Below are positions 52,611 through 64,000 of a stretch of 64,000 bases of DNA, one piece after another. Numbering within the stretch: the stretch's first letter is position 1; every line of letters begins with the position of its first letter. The notes below the pieces were generated by a model. That model was given only the letters and a program-made list of their open reading frames with translations. It did not search any database and was not told the DNA's origin. The stretch covers positions 552,514 to 616,513 of the forward strand of contig RDEW01000020.1 in the NCBI GenBank assembly GCA_011109175.1. The letters are read 5' to 3'. The DNA comes from Dicyema japonicum. Taxonomy: Eukaryota; Animalia; Dicyemida. Both the position numbers and the translations under genes were made by a program.

Positions 52611-54001
52611 ACTGTTAGATAACTGCCGGGGACATATCCATACTCACCCCTTTTATTCTTAGCCTAATATAACAACCATACTAACGTATATCCATTTGTT
52701 AGAGTCAATCTTTTCGGTGATTTCGAGAATATCTCCCTCCTCTATGGACAACATGTTCTGGTTGTCCTCTTTGGGCTAACAATAAGTCATAACACAACAG
52801 TAAAACTGATAATGACTCTTACAATCTGAGTTGTGGACGAAAATGACTCGTATATTTCGTCCTATGCATTACACCCACAAATACATTACACTCTACCACG
52901 TGGTTTTTGTTGGGTAATTCATTAAGTCCATCAATGTTAACTGTACCCCCAATGTATTGCATAACCGAGTTTGCCAATTTGTTATAAATCTGCTATTAGA
53001 GTACACAAACTATGTTCTTTTTGTTATTTCCACAATTCCTTGTTTGTCTGATAAGGGATCTCCACTTTATGACAAAGTTCTCCAACTCAATGGTTGTGTC
53101 CTTGTCGTTTACTAGAGTGAGGCCCTCTCTGTGTTATATTTATAATACTTACAGTTCTGGGACACTAAACTTGAAAGGACTCCCAACTTGCTTGTTTATA
53201 AACCTATCAGAGGTGTTCTGTTGTGAGTACTAAGTGATAAAGTGATTACTAACCTTAGTTATAAGATTCTGTCCCAATCCATTAGTGAATACAAGTGAAA
53301 GGACATTCCCCCATGTTTCAGTTATTAGTTTGTCCCCTTTGTAAAAGTCACATATATTATGGACAAGACTGTCGTAAAATAACTCCAAATGAGTATTAAC
53401 AGTGTGCAAGTCTATTAAATATTGATTCTGGTATATTTTATGAGTTTTCTCCACGTGGGTTGATTTGTTTATAATCCACATATATATTACTACTACCTTC
53501 TTTGTATTTGAGTGTTTATCACATATTTTCTTGTTTAGGTTGTTTAATGTTGAACACACTTTATTATACTTTTTATGACTTTCCATTAAATGCTCGAATC
53601 CACTAATCAGTGCTGCCTGCTCCTCATTCACCACGTGGTATATCTACACTTACCACCATTCTCACCTTTTGACGCACTTCACACGCTTGGATGGCTGACT
53701 CCCTTACTTTATCAACCATTTCCAAACTCTTTTCTATCTCCTTCAATTTCTTAGAATAATATTCATCAATTTCTCTCCCAATTAGTGACATTAGTTCAAC
53801 AACCCCCCTAATCTAACAAAAATGTTCTACATTGTCTCCAAATCCTTCAACTTTTTAGTCATGTTGGTCGTAGAGTTAATCAATTCCTGAATAGTACTAA
53901 TGTATTACATTATAATAGTTTTTCTGAACATGCAAACAGTTCTTAAAGTAATTTTTGGTTATATTTCCCATAATAATTGAATTATTACATTCCATGTCCA
54001 T
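52607..54001 (-). CDS. F-BAR + single SH3 protein, FCHSD/Nervous wreck-like (~389 aa, 10 introns)
   Basis: Spliced C-terminus LSIEEGDILEITEKIDSNKWIYAKNKRGEYGYVPGSYLTV* (SH3); REIDEYYSKKL and QNQYLIDLHTVNTHLELFY match F-BAR helices. Confidence 0.8.
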
Positions 54002-54174
54002 TTGCGACAAATGTTTTGTAAATATATTCATAATATCATTATATTGCTTATTCTCATTTATTAATTATAATATTACCATTGGATTAAAGATTTATTATAA
54101 TCTCTTTAATATTTATTTATTTTTAATCATAATTAATTAAAATTTATTAACAATTAAATATTATTTATTAACTA

Positions 54175-55145
54175 TGGGGGAGACCGGCTGCTGACATCAC
54201 GGAGTAAGCGTTTCCGCAGACAACTGCGATACCAATTTGTTGCCTCAGCCAGACCGCTTCCCGCACGTCTTTTTTGCGGTGGGCCAATTTCCTCCGATTT
54301 CCTTTAGGAAAGAGGCTGTAATATTTCCGGCCGCACCAGACGTCTCGATTGCTACCGGTACAAAACAGTAGCGGTCTCCAATTTCCCCATATTTTTTAAT
54401 CTTGATTTTCTCGGCCAGATCGGCTGCCGATCCAGCAGACTGTGCCGAGCTGAGCATCATCGAGTTCAAGAAAGAATCCACAACAATGCAGTCCCATACG
54501 AGCGATTTTCCTTCAGTGAACGGAAAGATAGTTAACCCATCCGGTTTTTTCCCATCTCCGCGGTCCAATCCCACGGGCTCTAGTGATGCAGGAAGCCTGC
54601 AGCTTCAAGAGCACGCATGACAATGTTGTTATAGCAGCTCATTTTGCACAAAAGTGCAGCCCTTTGGCATCGACGATCCCTGTACAACGACATTGGTGTT
54701 CGGCGCAAACATCAACTCCCAGGCGTTGTGCGATCCCAATCCGAATACAGTATCGTCCAAAAGGGTCCCCAGGAAGGAACACAGGAGTGCATCCAGCCAC
54801 GCTCCGTTCACATGGTTGGCAGCGGACACGAGGCATGCAAGACGATGCTTGTTGGCCTCAGACTTTAGCACGTCGAAGATATTCTCGGAGTAGATATCAT
54901 CCCAGTCACGTTGCCTCGAAGGATCGTTCGGCATATCCTAACCAGTTTCACACCATTCGCGACGAGCTTCGTCGAAGAGTCTTTCCCAAATATTTACGGT
55001 TGGTAATATATATCTTGGACCAATAAGCTTCCACTTGAGAGCGATGACACATATGCTGGAATGGCGATCTCCAGCGCCGACCTGAGACCCGTTCCTCCGA
55101 GGCGTGTATGAAGCTTGTATTGGTTTCAACTCGGCACGTCAAAGT
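54175..55145 (-). mobile_element. CRE-like element 3' region (CCHC knuckle + RLE)
   Basis: GAWLDAL, RIGIAQRLGVDVCAEHQCRC..VDAKGLH, GLDRGDGKKPDGLTIFPFTEGKSLVWD, FVPVAIETSG. Confidence 0.88.
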
Positions 55146-55199
55146 GAATGCATAGAAGCAATCCTACAAGTTACTGAGACTGGGGTTACTTAACTAACT

Positions 55200-56350
55200 A
55201 AGACAACATTCCTATTATTCTATTAAAAAATCTTGGAGACGAGAGAGTCACCTTCCTAAGGTCTTCAACTATTCGATGAATTAGAATGTGATACCATTAT
55301 TATGGAAACAGGCAATAATATGGCCAATATTGAAACCAGGAAGACCGAGAGATGACCCGGCGTCTTTTAGACCGGTGTCACCACTATGTTCCATGTCAAA
55401 ATTCCTGGAGAGGCGTGTGCTCAGGAGAATAAAAGAATTTTTACCAGAGAGGCCTTTTCAGCATGAATTCAAAAATGAGAGATCCATTTTTGCCTCAGAG
55501 GTCTGAAATCAATTTTACGGCTCCTCCCAAACGGAGTCCCTCAAGGATCTCCTTTATCCCTGCTCTGTTTAACCTTTTTCTGGCCGATCTCCCGACTCTT
55601 GAATCTGATAATGATGTTCTACTTTCCTATGCGGATGATATTGTGTTGGCTTCGCGAGATCAGGACATCCAGAGAGCCACAGAAAGAATACAAATTAACC
55701 TGGACAGGTTTAATGCCTGGATAATGGAAAACCCGTTCGTGGTGAATGCAGAGAAGTCATCTACGTCACTTTTAACCTCTGACAAAAGATTGAGAAGGAA
55801 GACAGTCACCTTAAAGTTAAACAAGGTCGGCATTTTTTTCAACAGATGTCAAAGGATCTTGGGTATGACAATTGATGTGCATCTCTGTTTGACACGTAGA
55901 AAATATTCTATTGAAATGCGAGAAGCTAAACTTATTGAAAAGTTTATCGGGAATATAAAAGAGTGGTACTCACCCGTCCTGATGAACGTGTACAAACAGT
56001 ACATCGAGCCATGTTTCTCATATGCATGCGCCTCGTGGGGACCGTCCATATCTTGGACAATTATGAGGAAAATTGATGAAATGCAAAAGAGGACTTACAG
56101 AGTAACGGAGAGTTGGATTTGTGAAGATCACCGAACCGGATCTACGCCTCTGGAAGACCTTATGAGACTAGACTCCAGATTACGGAATGTGGCCCTGAAA
56201 TTTTAGTCAGCCGTCCTGTACGTTCATGTGCGGGCACGAGGGAAGAACACCGGCCAAAGATGAGTCGCTGTTACAATGCATTGGGATCACGTGATCATTA
56301 TTTTGGTTTTACCGTGGTTTTGGGTTGTTAAATAAAATAAAATAAATAAA
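55200..56350 (+). mobile_element. I/Jockey-like LINE RT to 3' end ('GIT*' family)
   Basis: WKQAIIWPILKPG..DPASFRPVS, LFNLFLADLP, YADD; ends GGGATCACGTGA plus A-rich tail. Confidence 0.88.
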
Positions 56351-56864
56351 AGTCTTGAGCAGATTCAAAGAAAGTGTCTTTGAACGTTGAATCTAAAGCA
56401 ATACACCTCCTTTGGCTCCACGGCTTGGTCGTTGCGCTATTCAGCCTCTTGCCATTACCTCTGTCATGTCCGACTGGTTCTGGAAGGCAAGTAAACCTGG
56501 TGTCTTTGATAGTCCTCGTGACAGTCTAGCCTTTTTATTTAAATCAATCTTAATAATTTTCACTTTTACCGTGAACTTCCCATCCATCTACGATGCTTTG
56601 CGTTTGACTAGTGACGCCTTCATCAGTTAATATTTCACTGCTACCAATGATTCTCCTGGTTACTATATCAAAAGTTCCTCATGTTTAGCATGGGGTCGTG
56701 ATAGCTACTTCCCAATTAGCATTTTGTCACCCGTAGTTTAAATCTTAGAGAGTAGTCCAAGAATGCATAGTAAAAAACATTATCTTGAACTTTCGAGGGA
56801 CCATCCTATGGTGAGTGTCTCTTGGGTTGAACTCTTAAAAATTTAAAAAGTCAAATAGCAGAAA

Positions 56865-57372
56865 GACACCATCATTAAACCAATCCTCCTATACAACTCT
56901 GGGACCTGGGCCACCTCAAAATTGGAGCCCTACACTCAAAAGAGGAATTGGAGAGGCTAGACTCGTTTCACAGGAATATCTAAGAAACATAACTGGAATG
57001 TCCTGGCCATCCAAGATCTCGCGGAAAGGACTTTACAATAAGTGTGACTGTACATCGATAAGTCTCAAGATTAGCTCTCATTGGAGACTTTTTAGCCACG
57101 TCCTGAAGTTGGACCCGACATCCCCCCCCCCCGAATATCGCCATGGAAGATTACTACTCCTCCAATGTAAAACGCTTTCGTGGAAGACCGAGAACAACCC
57201 TTCCGGTCATTTTACAAAACGATCTGAAAGCCGTAAAGAAAACATTGGCATCTGGTGACGACCTGGACACACTGAGGGATTTGCCTAAAACAGAAAAGCC
57301 TGGAGCAAGCCAACTCTTTCTCTTATATTTTTTGCTGCACATGCTATAAAGGCTCTCGTGACAATAATAAAA
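56865..57372 (+). mobile_element. 5'-truncated copy of the RTE at 2646-5567
   Basis: Highly similar to 5110-5560 (e.g. CCCCGAATATCG..ATGGAAGATTACT.CTCCTCCAATGTAAAACGCTTTCGTGGA). Confidence 0.9.
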
Positions 57373-58219
57373 AGCAGAAAGGAAATCCTTCAAGATAGTG
57401 GTGTGAGAATTGAACTGACAGCTGAATGCATTTTGATGTCACTAACTGGTTTTGTCCATATGTATAGATAAATGCTCGGTCGGATCTGCAGAGAGCCGGA
57501 ACAAACAGGGCTACTCTTCTACTTCACCTTACGTTTCCCTTTTGCTACTACCTTTTTCTTGAAATGTTGTATACGATTTTTGCACCAACTATAACCCAAT
57601 CATCATGAGAATCCAACACAAGCATACACCACAAATCATCATTAATTTTTGTGTGCATTTTGACCTACCTTCGCCTCATTTGTTTGACATCATCTCCACT
57701 GTATCTGGATAAAGGATTTCCACATCGACACTGCTGTAAGACGTCTTAGTGGAATAATCCTGCAAGCTCGAGATAATTCCCATGGGTCGACCCCAACTTG
57801 ATATAAAAACACGAATGCTCTTATTATTAATTTTGGATAGACAAAGTAAGAAATTAACGACTAATTAAGTGCATCCAGTTTGTCACATAAATAGAGTCCT
57901 TCCAATGAACCAGCATAAAGGTAGATGACGTCCATTCTTTACAGTTGTGGAAACTCATCCAGTTGGGGATCCCTTTTCGTGCCACCCTAAAACTAGGCAT
58001 CATCTGAGACAGGTGGATCACATGACGCTACTCTATTAGAAGATAAGATGAGGAACAGAAGAAACAAATAGAAATCTTCAATCAAGTATCCACATGACAC
58101 CACGCAGTCTTTCCTATGAAGAATTCTTTTACAACAAACATATTAACAAAGTCAAATGAAGTGATTGATAAAATTTTATAAATCATTTGGAAGACAAAAC
58201 AATGAAAAGTTATTATTAT

Positions 58220-58722
58220 TATTTAAGCCAAAGAAACACCGTCTTAACCAATAACTAATATTCAGGTGATCCCGGCATCTTTCAATAATCGGGCCATTTT
58301 TTCTCGATGCTCCGACCGTGATCCCACACATTTTCTATACGGACGGGGTCTTTTTCCCCTCTTCTTCTGAAATTGCCTCCAGTTGCCTCTATGATAGACT
58401 CGAGTGCTCTGGGGGCAATTTCTTTATCTGTATATTTTCCAGTAATTTTATTGCTCTTGACTGGATCTCTTGAATTTTTGTTAGGTTCGTTGCCGACAGG
58501 TTAGATCCCCATGCAGCACATGCATAGCCTATTGTTGGCTCGACATACTGCTTGTAGAGGGTCCCGATACCTGGCGGATAAATTCCTCCACAGTTCCAAA
58601 GGAAGGCTTTGACAAAATTGATCTTCTTTGCACAGGTTGATATGATGGATTCCACATGGGCTGAGAAGCACAGGAAAGTATCAAAAGTTACTCCCAGTAT
58701 CTTCTGCTGTGAATTACAAACT
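58220..58722 (-). mobile_element. LINE 3' portion ('GIT*' family)
   Basis: KILGVTFD..LCF..HV, LYKQYVEP.IGYACAAWG; ends GGGATCACCTGA. Confidence 0.82.
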
Positions 58723-59826
58723 AAAAAGAGGCTCAAATACTCACTCATTCCAAACCTAAATCCTAATAAGCTTATAAAATAATTAATTCGGCCTAACATC
58801 ATCGACATGTAAGAACTGTTTCCTCTACATTGGTCTATAGAGGTGTGTTTCATAAAAGATCATAACAAAAATCATATATCAATCTTATTCTCATGGTGGT
58901 AAACTTAGATTCTACCAATCTTATTCTCTATTGGTAGTAAAGCTCATCGTTAGGGATATTGAACAACAAAAGTCAAAATTGTCTCTCAAATAGAGTACCA
59001 AAAGGATCTCCGTCATCTTCACACTGTCCAACCTATTCCTTATCAACCTTCCAACTATAGTTGTCCAAAATACTATCATTTTGTTTACGTCGATTAACTC
59101 ATAGTCGCAGAGGGACATTAAGACCTTTGGAGGGAACACAAACTGTGCGGAGACATTAACTTTGTGAGTCTCTTAATAACTGCCTCACTAAAAATCACAT
59201 ACACTTGTCGAATATACATTCCTGGCAATTAGTGTGGTCGATGAAAATGAAGGCTGTTTGCAATACAGTCTGTGTGAAAAAAATGTAATGATCTTAGAAA
59301 GTGTTGTATTAATCAAAAAGGAAATATTTTTGAACATTAGTAATTATTATAACTGGGTGTGAAACAACGGTTGTATCCACCTACTTTTATACAACAAATC
59401 TATTGCATTTCACAACTCTTGTCGAGAATTTGGAATAAGACATGGGTACAACACAATAAGAATAATATTTTGCCTTATAGTTTATTGTAGAAAATCATAT
59501 GAATATACCACCAATCAATATATTGAATGAAATTATTCCAAAGACCAAGGGCAAAAACACGTGATCCTGACTCGTTACATTATGATCCAGAGGACATTAT
59601 CCGGGAAGCCAAGGTCGAATCCAGAGCTCGTTGCCAGGTAGCGAGATAGTTTCCTGGTAGAATGAAGAGATGGATCTCCTTGAGTTAGATGAATCCGATA
59701 ACGCCACTGGAAGGAAGCAATTAACGACATAATAATAACACCAGAGACCACATGGCACCACATAACACTATGTGGTCAAAATATTTGTTAATTAATAGTG
59801 TAAAAATATTTAAAATATTAATTTAA

Positions 59827-60359
59827 ATGTTATCGTTGAATGATTTAAGTGATATTCCATTGAGTTTAATTGTTTATAATATTCCCTCTAATATTCCCAA
59901 TGATGAAACTGAGACGGTTTATTCGATTATTACTATTAGAATCAATTTGAATGTATATTCACTCATATTGATAACTTGACCACATTCAAATACTACACTA
60001 ACAGAGCATTGGTCACTTTTACTTTCCCAGAAGCAGTCGTATACGCACGTGTATATTTGGATGGGTCATTCTTTGGGGATTACAAACTAAAACTGGAATT
60101 TCATGGAATTGACGAACTGACCGTCCCCTTTCCAGAAAAACAATTCATGATATCCCCTCCCAGCTCTCCATCAGAAGAATGGCAGTCAAGCATGGAGACA
60201 CCCCCAGCCTTCGACTATGATAGAGTGTTCGATCAACTAATAAGTGGTCCATTCGAATTATTATCTGGGGAGAACGGACATCCATCAATCGTAGTGCACC
60301 CAGTGGAGTCGTCATGTGTAATAAATAACATAATAATTAGTAAGACTAAAAGACCATAA
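59827..60359 (+). CDS. RCAN: Calcipressin / regulator of calcineurin (~169 aa, 1 intron)
   Basis: Intron 59917-59939; PEKQFMISPPSSP (FLISPP motif); HPSIVVH (PxIxIT-like). Confidence 0.92.
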
Positions 60360-60379
60360 TAATAATATCCTAGCAACAA

Positions 60380-61296
60380 ATGTCTTTGTTATCTAGAAGT
60401 AAGCTTTCTCAATCTGTGCTTAAGAAGGATGATAATTACTGCAATATTATGTTCGATAGGAGAGTTATTAGGGGAAATACTTATGCTCTCCCTTTAATAC
60501 AACATAAAATACACTCCAATCCAATTAAGAGGAGACCAAAGGTGAGGGAAGTTTCCCCTCACCCTGTTGAAGGCAGAATACATGTTCCCATTCAAACTGA
60601 ACTATATTTGGAAGAGTTGGCTGACTGTGTTGAGGAGGTTGAAGCACAAATACAGACTGATGCTTTCATTGATCGTCCTGCCAGTCCCTTATTTGTTCCT
60701 TCCAAGACTGGGATGGACAAGTGTACTCAAATATATGAGGGAGATGTATGTTTGGGTGTTATTTGTTCAGCTTTTCGACTTTGACATTGAAGTGGTGCCT
60801 GTCCTACAAGTCTTGATTGGGAAGACGATTGAGCAGTCATTGTTGGAGGTCATGGAAGAGGAAGAACTGGCCAATCTGGAGAGCCAACAGAGAAGATTTA
60901 TGCAAATCAGGGACGCCGAGTTGGTTGAGCAACAAAGACTAGAGGAACAGGATCGTAGATATCGGGAAGAGAAGGTAATCATAGTCATACACCTCTAGGA
61001 GAGGAGAATAAACCAACAGCGGGAGATACTCCAACAGGAAGAGGAAACAGCCAGAAAGATAGCAGCACGAGCCTTTGCATCGAGTTATTTGTCAGATTTG
61101 GTGCCATCAGTGTTTGGAAGTCTTCGTGAAAATGGGTATTTTTATGACCCCGTGGAAAGAGGTGATGATTATTGTTAGTAGAGAACTGGAGCGTGTTTGT
61201 CTCCCTGTGCTGATGAGGATGGTTTGTGACAAATTGGAGAGTGATGACATTGTAAGACAAATAGTGGAGGACATGATTATAAATGAAAGTAACTAA
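60380..61296 (+). CDS. RSPH3: Radial spoke protein 3 (~281 aa, 3 introns)
   Basis: NIMFDRRVIRGNTY, QTELYLEEL, QTDAFIDRPASPLFVP.KTG.D..TQI..GDLFDFD, GKTIEQSLLEV.EEEEL, GYFYDPVE. Introns 60746-60770, 60975-60998, 61162-61183. Confidence 0.96.
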
Positions 61297-61342
61297 TAAT
61301 AATTACTAATATATTAATTTGTGGTAAATTTATTAGAGAAAA

Positions 61343-61948
<606 letters not shown>

Positions 61949-62199
61949 TTATAATTTACTGAGGGATTAACAGTCAGCAAATATTATTTTTACACAATTT
62001 ATTCCCCTTTTGGAATATCATTAAAGATTGCAAACTCGAAACAAAACAGCACTCACTGACACCGGGATCACTTAATTAGACGATAACTTTTTCCTGTGTT
62101 CCCGGGTTATAATAATCAAATTATTAATAATTGTGTGGAAACTCATAATTTCTATAACTAGTATTATCTCCCTAACATTATCAAAACTTTTTTAAAAAC

Positions 62200-63425
62200 T
62201 TGTAGTCCGGACCTCCCACAAGCGGATTTTCAACACTGTTTTCGTCCTGGAAAATCCACCACCATTTTAACCACACTATCCTAATTCATAGTCGATGGAT
62301 TTAATACCACCCCACCACACATGCGAACTACAATGGTATCAATATAAACAAAGCTTTCGACACAGTCCCAGAGAAGCTTCTAATTGGGAAGATTTTTAAT
62401 TTGAAAGTTTGTCCGAACCTAAAGCTGTGGTTGGCCAACCTTCTCTCCGGACGACGTGGGAGAGTCGTCTGCGAGCATCTTAGATCGAGATCACTACTAC
62501 TACCTTACGGACTACCCAAAGGTTCTCCGCTTTCTCCGACCCTTTTCAGTCTTTTCCTCCAAGACCTAACAAATTACGAGGACGAAAATTTTGTGTTATT
62601 ATCCTACGCAGACGATTTAATAATTGCAACACGCAATCGATCCACGCGAGTTGTATCCTCTAATGCCCAGGCGAGAGTGAACACTATGATTGGTTGACTG
62701 ATAACCGACTAACTATTTCTACCGAAAAGATAATATGTACGCTTATCACTTCAGACCGTCGATTAAAAAAAGATCCAAGAATTTCCATTGGTCCTGTAGA
62801 GATACCAGTAACAAGGTCTCCTTCAATTCCTGGAGTAATGTTCGACGGGCTATTGAATTTCAACTCACATGCGAGGAAATTCCTCACTAAAGGTGCAGAA
62901 GTTGAATGTTGTACGCGCGCTTGTCCGGTAGACTCCTTTGAATTTGGATGCTTCTGCTGCAACTATCTACCGACAAACTATCACCCCAGCTGTGGAGGAT
63001 GCCTCTGTTGCACGGAGATTAGCGTTATCAGAGACTACGCTTCACAGAATCAATTCAATATACCGGAAAACTATATTTATGATGGGCCCTCATTCTGGAT
63101 CAATGGTTAATCCCTTACTCGCGGAAGCTACGACCCGTAGTCAGGGAACCGGATTCCTTCAAGTCTGTACGGAGGAAGGAAACCCACTTAGCTTGTCCTT
63201 TTCCAATACAAAAGAAAGTCGATTGTTTAGAAAGTTCCCCTCCCCAATCGGATTCCTCTGCAAGGATGAGAGAAGGCTCTTTCGAACGGTAATGGGAACA
63301 ATGGGAGACCACAGACTCTGGATAGCTTGTTTGATCGGGAACTGGGATTAACTAACTTCCTGAAGTTGTTCTGTCTTTCTTTCTCGGTGATTTCTGGGTT
63401 TCTAAATAAATATGTAAAGAATATA
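62200..63425 (+). mobile_element. I/Jockey-like LINE RT to 3' end
   Basis: KAFDTV, GLPKGSPLSPTLF, YADD, GVMFD.LLNF..H. Confidence 0.85.
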
Positions 63426-64000
63426 CAATAAATGCGGGTATAAGCCAATAATCATGGAGGTAATGGAGTCTCATTGGAGTCTATTCGGGAATATTCTGAG
63501 GACGGAATTGGCATCCCCGACGAAAAGAGCCATAGAGGATTACTATCTTTGTTAAGAAGGTCATTTATGTCGAAGACCTAATATTGCCAGTCGTCCCTTC
63601 AAAAGAATCTGAAAAATATTAAAAAAACAACTCGAATCTCCGACGACCTGGAAATAACAGAGGAGCGTGGAATAGATTAACATTTAAAATTGATTTATTT
63701 GCTGAAAATGCGTGAAAGTACTGATAATAGTATTATTTGTATTTACTGACTCATATAAGTTAATAGTTAACTAATTAAGTGTAAATAGTTCACAGGGTCG
63801 TAGAAACAGGAATCTCCCAATATCACACACAACTCGATTCAGAACCATAGGAAAGGGAATAAAGTGTCCAGTAGTAAAAACTCCTCCAATGGAGTGGGAG
63901 AGAGCAAATGATTTTTAAGTGATACCTTATTCCTTGACGTCATCTGAGAAAGATGGATCAAATGACGCAATTTTAATAGAAAAGAGGAATAAAAGAAAAG

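Noticed and set aside
56400-57800. DNA-transposase remnants around the RTE copy (CGVCLC segment)
   Set aside because: Too degraded to assign; no termini found.
896-61230. Hammerhead ribozyme cores (CTGANGA...GAAA)
   Set aside because: The CTGANGA hits I inspected lacked the flanking stems; an Infernal search would be needed to exclude them fully.

Overview
AT-rich eukaryotic (metazoan, ciliated) genomic DNA with two distinct compartments. (1) Compact host genes broken by ultrashort spliceosomal introns. I reconstructed 62 introns by hand, all 20-28 nt, in 11 genes: MEX3, a RhoF/RhoD-like GTPase, a large coiled-coil protein, a GOT1-like aminotransferase, FCHSD/Nwk-like F-BAR-SH3, RCAN, RSPH3, a KLF and three orphans. 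There is also an intronless CaaX microprotein. (2) Intergenic space packed with decayed retrotransposons (RTE, I/Jockey-like, CRE-like, R4-like), DNA transposons/MITEs (hAT, pogo-like, a TG..CA MITE), a tRNA-SINE and pseudogenes (an SLC7 transporter split by an RTE insertion). Intron size and gene content are consistent with a dicyemid-type mesozoan (inference only). The strongest novelty candidate is relaxed 3' splice-site chemistry: an otherwise intact Rho gene needs two GT-TG introns that contain no AG at all. A likely GT-GG intron, a GC-AG intron and several GAG acceptors also occur, suggesting length-based acceptor choice. A shared AAACCACAA motif lies just upstream of four gene starts. 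All gene models are manual and have no transcript support.
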